A stretch of DNA of 64,000 nt from Somniosus microcephalus (lineage: Eukaryota): assembly GCA_052327205.1 (NCBI GenBank), contig CM126225.1, positions 38,006,001 to 38,070,000 on the forward strand, in the 5' to 3' direction. Both the position numbers and the translations under genes were made by a program. Shown here piece by piece: positions 58,665-64,000 of this stretch. Position 1 is the first letter of the stretch, and every line of letters begins with the position of its first letter. The notes below the pieces were generated by a model, which worked only from the letters and a program-made list of their open reading frames with translations, was not told the DNA's origin and did no database searches.

Positions 58665-60600
58665 AACTTCCATTTATATGCAGTTGTAGTGCCTTTAACA
58701 AAGAAAAGGCCCTAAAATGCTTCACGGAGACATAACCAAAACAGTGGACCCTGAGCCAAAGAAGGAGATGTTAGTATGGGTGACCAATAACCAGAGGTGG
58801 ATTTTATGAAAGATTGTCAAATATAAAGGAGGAGAGTGATGGGTGGAGGAGGAGTTTAAGGAGGGAATTCCCGAGCTTAGGACCTAGACATCTGGTGGAT
58901 GGCTGCCAATGGACGAAGGAAGGGGGTGGTACACAAAAGGCCAGAGTCGGAGGAATGGAGAGTTCAGGGGGGGGGGTTGTAGGGTGGGAAGAGATTTCCA
59001 AGACAGGGAGTGGCAAGGCCATGATAGGATTTAAACGGATTTTAAATGTGAGGCATTGGGAAACCAGGAATCACTGAGCCAATAAGTGGAACTGAGTGTG
59101 GGATTGGATAAGGGCAGCAGAATTCTGGACGAGCTACAAGTTTACAGAGGGTGGAAGATGGGAGGGTAAGCATTGCAATAGTCGAGACTGAAAGTGACAA
59201 AGGCATGCATAAGGGTTTCAGCAGCAGATGGTCTGAGGTAGGAGCGGAGGCATGTTCTGGAGTTGGAAGTATGCAGACCTTGTGAGAGGATGTGGGGGTC
59301 AGAAGCTCAGCTCAGCTCAGCTCGGGGTCGAATAGGATGCCGAAATTGTAAAAAATCTGGTTCCGTGGCTGGGTAGGGGGATGGAGTCGGTGGCAGGGAT
59401 ATAGAGTTTTTGGCGAGGCCCCAAGATAATGGCTTCAGTCTTCCCAGTGTTGAGGCTCATCAAAAACTGGATGTCAGATGAGCAGTCTGATGGCAGAGGC
59501 AAAAGAGGGATCGAGAGAGGTCTGGAGTGATAGAGCAGGGTTTCATGTGGAAGCTGACCCCATGTCTATGGATGAAGTTGCCAAGGAATGTGTAGATAAG
59601 GAACTGGGAGGAGGCTAAGGGCAGATCCTTTGGGGACTCTTGAGGTAACGGTGTGGGAGTGGGAAGAGTAGCTATTGTTGTTGATACTCTGGCTACAGTT
59701 GGATAGGTAAGAATGGAACCAAGCCAGAGCAATCCCATGAGCTGGTCAACAGAGGAGAGACATTGGAGGAGGATAGTATGATTGACCATGCCAAAGACTT
59801 CTGAAAGATCAAGGAAGGATAATCCACCACGGTCACAGAGGAAATCATGGTTAGGGCTGTTTCGATACTGTGGCAGGAATGGAAACTTACTTGAAGAGAT
59901 TCAAACGGCGAGGTTTGGGAAGTGACGACACGTTCAGAGCTTTTAGAGAGGAAAAGGAGGTTGGGGAAAATGGTGAGGTAGTTTGCAAAGATAGAGGGGT
60001 CGAATTGATTTTTTTGAGAAGGGAGTGGTTTTGAAAGGGAGGGGTTCAGTACCTGAAAAGAGGGAGCCATTTAGAATGTCGGGTAGCTTGGGAGACAGGA
60101 GGGAAGTTTGTTGGTCGGTAGTGGGAATGGGGCCAAGGGAGCAGGAGATGGACGAGATGAGTTTGGAGAGGGCAAGGAACGAGATGGGAGAGAAACTAGA
60201 GAGAGAATGGGGGTCCGGGCTAGGGTAGGAGGCGGCCTGGGGGGAAGGTTTGGTATGGTGTGAAAGGTGAGGGGGTGGGGGCAGAAACAGCAAAGGCAAT
60301 TGAATGGATGGCTCCAATCTTAAGTGGCAAAGAAGTCTATTAGGTCCTTGCACTTGTTGAAGGTGAGGGTGGTAGAGGCAGGGGAGACGGACTTAAGAAA
60401 ATGGTTGGTAGAGGAGAAAATAAGCCAGCGGTTATTTTTGCTCTGCAGCATGTCCCTAGACTAGTGGGTGGTTTTGGCAAAGGGGAGTGAGGTCTGATGG
60501 AGCTTGATGTGGTTCAGTCATATATGTAGCTGGCTGGTGAAACCAGTTGCATGCCAGACATGATCAAGCCTGCACCCCTTGGATTTTCAGGAGGAAAGTT
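58665..60600 (-). mobile_element. L2 LINE, about 1.9 kb degenerate ORF2 fragment
   Basis: Remnants KKSIRP / DPSIFANY..I..L.FLSK..ER, FESLQVSFHSCHSIETAL, NTGKTEAII, LGPKLGNSL. L2 tail near 58670. Confidence 0.8.
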
Positions 60601-60964
60601 GGAAACTGTTATTTACGGGACATCTTTTAATTCTATGTTTTAGTATTCGTCATGAGAAATTTACAAGAAAATCACTTCTGCATTTTTTACTTGATAGAAA
60701 ATGTGTCTGAATTTTGAAAGCAGCAGTGAATAGTTGGTACACAAAGTGTTAACGGTTGAGCTGCTTTGTGTATGTAAATAGTGGGTGTTGACATTGAGGC
60801 TGACAATGCATCTCAATTGTCACATGGACGGGGAGCATGATGACTGTGTAACGAGTATGGTGAGTCACCCTAACCCCAGTTCTTGCTTGGGTGGAGCAGG
60901 CAATTCCTGTGAAATATATAAATGAGCTTGTTTTGATGAGCAACTTATTCTGGTCCTGCCTGAA

Positions 60965-61295
60965 CGCTGTTGTTGTCTGCAGAAACTGGGATTTAAACTC
61001 AGTTGCTGTCAACCAGGTCAGTGTTGCAGATGGCCTCAGTGCACTGGTAAGGGAGCAGAAATTTGTCGGGGTTCTTGCTATTGATTGCTGGAAAGTGAGT
61101 GTGTGGACAGGATTGGGGTTGGCCCACTAGCACGTTGTCTAAGAGCCTCACAAGCCTAGTCAGCAAGTGCTGCTGTGTTGTTCAACCCTGATCTTATTGT
61201 CACTTGAGGGAGCTACTGAAGAGTGTTGGTGACTCTTGAAATGTGTGTCGCAACAAGCAGCAGCAACTTCTGAAGAAAAGGAGAGAAAATTGACA
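60965..61295 (+). mobile_element. Family-B tRNA SINE, degenerate
   Basis: tggcctcagtgc..gggttcttgct..tgctggaaagtg..ggacaggattggg..ggagagaaaattg. Confidence 0.55.
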
Positions 61296-62074
61296 AAAAG
61301 AGTTTCAACAAGTTTATTTTGATGTCCTGCTTATGGCACCTTATTCCAGTCCTGCCTGAATTAATTATGTTGCTGCGTGTGGAAGGTGGGATTTAAAGTT
61401 GTTTGGTTATAAATATGTTCAACTCTTGCTCATATTGACTCTTATCTTGAGAGTTATATTTGAGATAATATGGATCTGAAAGGGAGTGTGTGCATATGCA
61501 GTCCCCTGATTACATTCCCTTACACACTGCCAGTATTTAGTGCAAATTCCCCCTTTAAAGAAGGCTGTCGATGTGTGGTGAAATATTTCTATATGTGGTA
61601 AATAAAAGTTGCAGGTATGCTTTTTTCATTTCTTTTTTCTCATTTGTCGCTTGCCCTTTTGTCCGTTTACCAGCTGTAGATATGAAGGTGAGCAGGAGAC
61701 TTGCTCCCAGCGCCTCACCAAAGCCTCTCTGAAACCAGATACTCGGGAGGTGAATTAGACTGGCTTGGGGATGGATCTTCAAGAAGTAGTTCCCGGTGCT
61801 GTGGGTTCATTCCTATTTATATTGCATGGTTGATTTCCACCGCACATTGTGGCTTTAGCTTCTGGCCATTGGGCCTCCCCTGATGACTGGGGAAACTTGT
61901 ACAGACGCAGGGTTGGAAAACTCAGATTGCTGGGTTGTATTTGAGAACTGAGCACTCAATCCAGGTGTGGCCAACACTCCTGGCAACCTGTGTTGCCACT
62001 GCAGCAGCATTGCTGTCTCCAAAGTCACTGACAAAACCATGTTGGCAAGAGGCAGCAGAACCGCCTCTCTTAAC

Positions 62075-62235
62075 AGATTATCTGGTCATGTATCTCATTG
62101 CCGTTTGTGGGTTCTTGCTGTGCACAAATTGGCTGCCACGTTTCCTACAGCACTTCCAAAAGTACTTAATTGGCTGTAAAGTGCTTTTGGACGTCCTGAG
62201 GTTGTGAAAGGAGCTATGTAAACGTAAGTCTTTCT
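62075..62235 (+). mobile_element. Deu-domain SINE 3' fragment
   Basis: cagattatctggtcat...aaattggctgcc..tttcctaca..ggacgtcctgaggttgtgaaagg. Confidence 0.75.
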
Positions 62236-63374
62236 TAGTGCTGATGCAGTGCTGTTCTTGAAATTGGGTCTGCCACTGGCAGCAGTGCTATGAGGTAGAT
62301 GTACCATTAGGCTGATATTTCCTTCTTGCTGTGGGGATCCACTTGGCATCTACCCACCACGATACAGTTGTAGTCAGGAACTTAGTGCGGGATAGAACCC
62401 TACCATGCTGCAACACTGCACTGCACTTTGGCGAAATGTGTTTTGAGAGTATAAATACCATAACATTAAAAGACACCAGCAGACCACAGTTGGACTAGCA
62501 ACTCCTGCCATTATTGAAACAAAGTTTCTTCCAGTCAGAATATTAATTGTTTTATCAACACAAGGCTGTGCTGTGCTTCAGGTAGGATTAACACAAGGTC
62601 CTCTTAGCACCACAGACACACATATCATGATCCAGGCAGCACCTTATGAATGAGATGAATGCAATTTAATAAGAACTTCAGGAAAATGAAATTGAGGATA
62701 ATGGATATCTCTAAATGAATTACAAGGTAGTAATCCATCAGAGCACGTCGTGGATTGCTGTCTTCAATTCACTTGCAGCTGTCCATTGTCTGTTTTTAAA
62801 AAAATAAAATAATGTTTCATCAAAAATAAATATAAGATGTACAAGGGGTGTTTTCTTCCAGTCACTATTGTGAGCAAAAACTGTTGGTACGAGTATAAAA
62901 CGAGGAGACTTGTTGTATACTCGCACTGACTTGTTTTGCCAGATTAGAGACGGGAGGTATATATACCTAAAGGATCCAGATAGCTGTAAATCAGATCATT
63001 TGTAATGTAGAACAGGTGTGGAATTTTTGTTTCAAATTATCTTTTGTACTGTTATGGTGATGCATTTCTATCAAATGGAGGCCTTGGCTGAAGATGAAAG
63101 TAGTTCCATATGGTGTAGGACTAAGTGCGTGTAATTTTTAATTAGTTTTTTTATGTGGCCTTCGCACTAATTAAGGTGAGGGATGTTAATGTTGGAGAAT
63201 GGAATTCTTTCCAGTGTCGGTACCTGGTTTTCAGCATTAGGCACTCCCAGGTTGCATGCAGAATCCTTAGATGCAAAGTGAAGCGCCGTTTACTCGTCCA
63301 ATAAGGTATGGTTCCAATCTCATAAGAGCATCCCTGATTGGACCAGTGTAACGTTTTGCCATTACTCACTCCAG

Positions 63375-63590
63375 GCACCTCTGAGCAACATTTGCCTATT
63401 ATTGCCAGTAAATGCCCAATTATGGGCAGCTTTGTGCTGTGGGCCCAAGTCCAATCGGAACTCGTTTGAAAGTCATCGCACATAGGATCCATACAGCCAA
63501 CATACATCGGAGACTTTCATCCCATCAGAAAGGACTGAACTCAAATCCAAGTCCCATGGGTGAAAGTGTCTAATCCAATGCACCATGACT
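63375..63590 (-). mobile_element. LF-SINE-like relic
   Basis: Minus strand has collinear blocks ctttcacc, gaaagtc, tggctgt, cctatgtg..atga, agttcc..tggac, ccaca.cacaaa, aattgg.ca..tggca, agagg that match the LF-SINE consensus as recalled from memory. Confidence 0.55.
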
Positions 63591-64000
63591 AACATATTAT
63601 AATAACTATAAAATGGAAGGCATCCTATTAGCAGAACCTGTCTTTTTTTTAATTGTATAGTTATAGCAAAATTCACTGCCTAATAAGTGTATTTTCAAAA
63701 TAATTAGCAGGCAAAAGCAACATTAAGAAAGAACTTCACAATAAGCAGAGTTTTATTCTGTTCAGAGAGAATCTGCACAAAAACACAGTGAAAAGGTGAA
63801 AAGCCCTATTTATAGCGTGATTATTGTTTCAGAGTGAATGCAGGGTGGTGTCAGTTTGGAGCACAAATACACCTGTGTAAATGCACCAACTCAAATAAAC
63901 CACATTCTCTCTGGATTTATAAACTCAACTCTCCTTTAAAAAAAAGCGTACTATTTCAGACATGCAGTTTTCACACGGTCAACAACGCTTGACGTAAACG

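Overview
Eukaryotic, repeat-rich non-coding DNA. The repeat complement (CR1 and L2 LINE 3' ends, Deu-domain tRNA SINEs of the SacSINE1 type, Penelope-like elements) suggests a cartilaginous fish, probably a shark; this is an inference. No host protein-coding exon could be identified, and almost all ORFs in the track are LINE/PLE remnants or noise. The main structure is a set of Penelope-like element (PLE) insertions. Two are large inverted (head-to-head) Neptune-type copies with 14-bp target-site duplications (17017-19620, 56821-58510). Two are miniature palindromic derivatives (23849-24026, 28961-29284), and several are solo ends. Their 3' ends carry a minimal type I hammerhead ribozyme motif (CTGATGA...GAAA-CG-TT). 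The inverted arms of the two large copies start at the same element position (within 1 nt), and the miniature palindromes fold back at the ribozyme stem II. Also present: a young TA-flanked MITE family with CAGGAAACT ends carrying RFX X-boxes, Harbinger-like MITEs, a 180-bp solo LTR, a 129-bp templated insertion, an LF-SINE-like relic, a strong CTCF motif, and a CpG-island promoter (47.7-48.3 kb; three phased CCAAT boxes, GC box, YY1 motif) next to a ~450-bp G-quadruplex-prone tract. Coordinates were read by eye; boundaries of old repeats are approximate.
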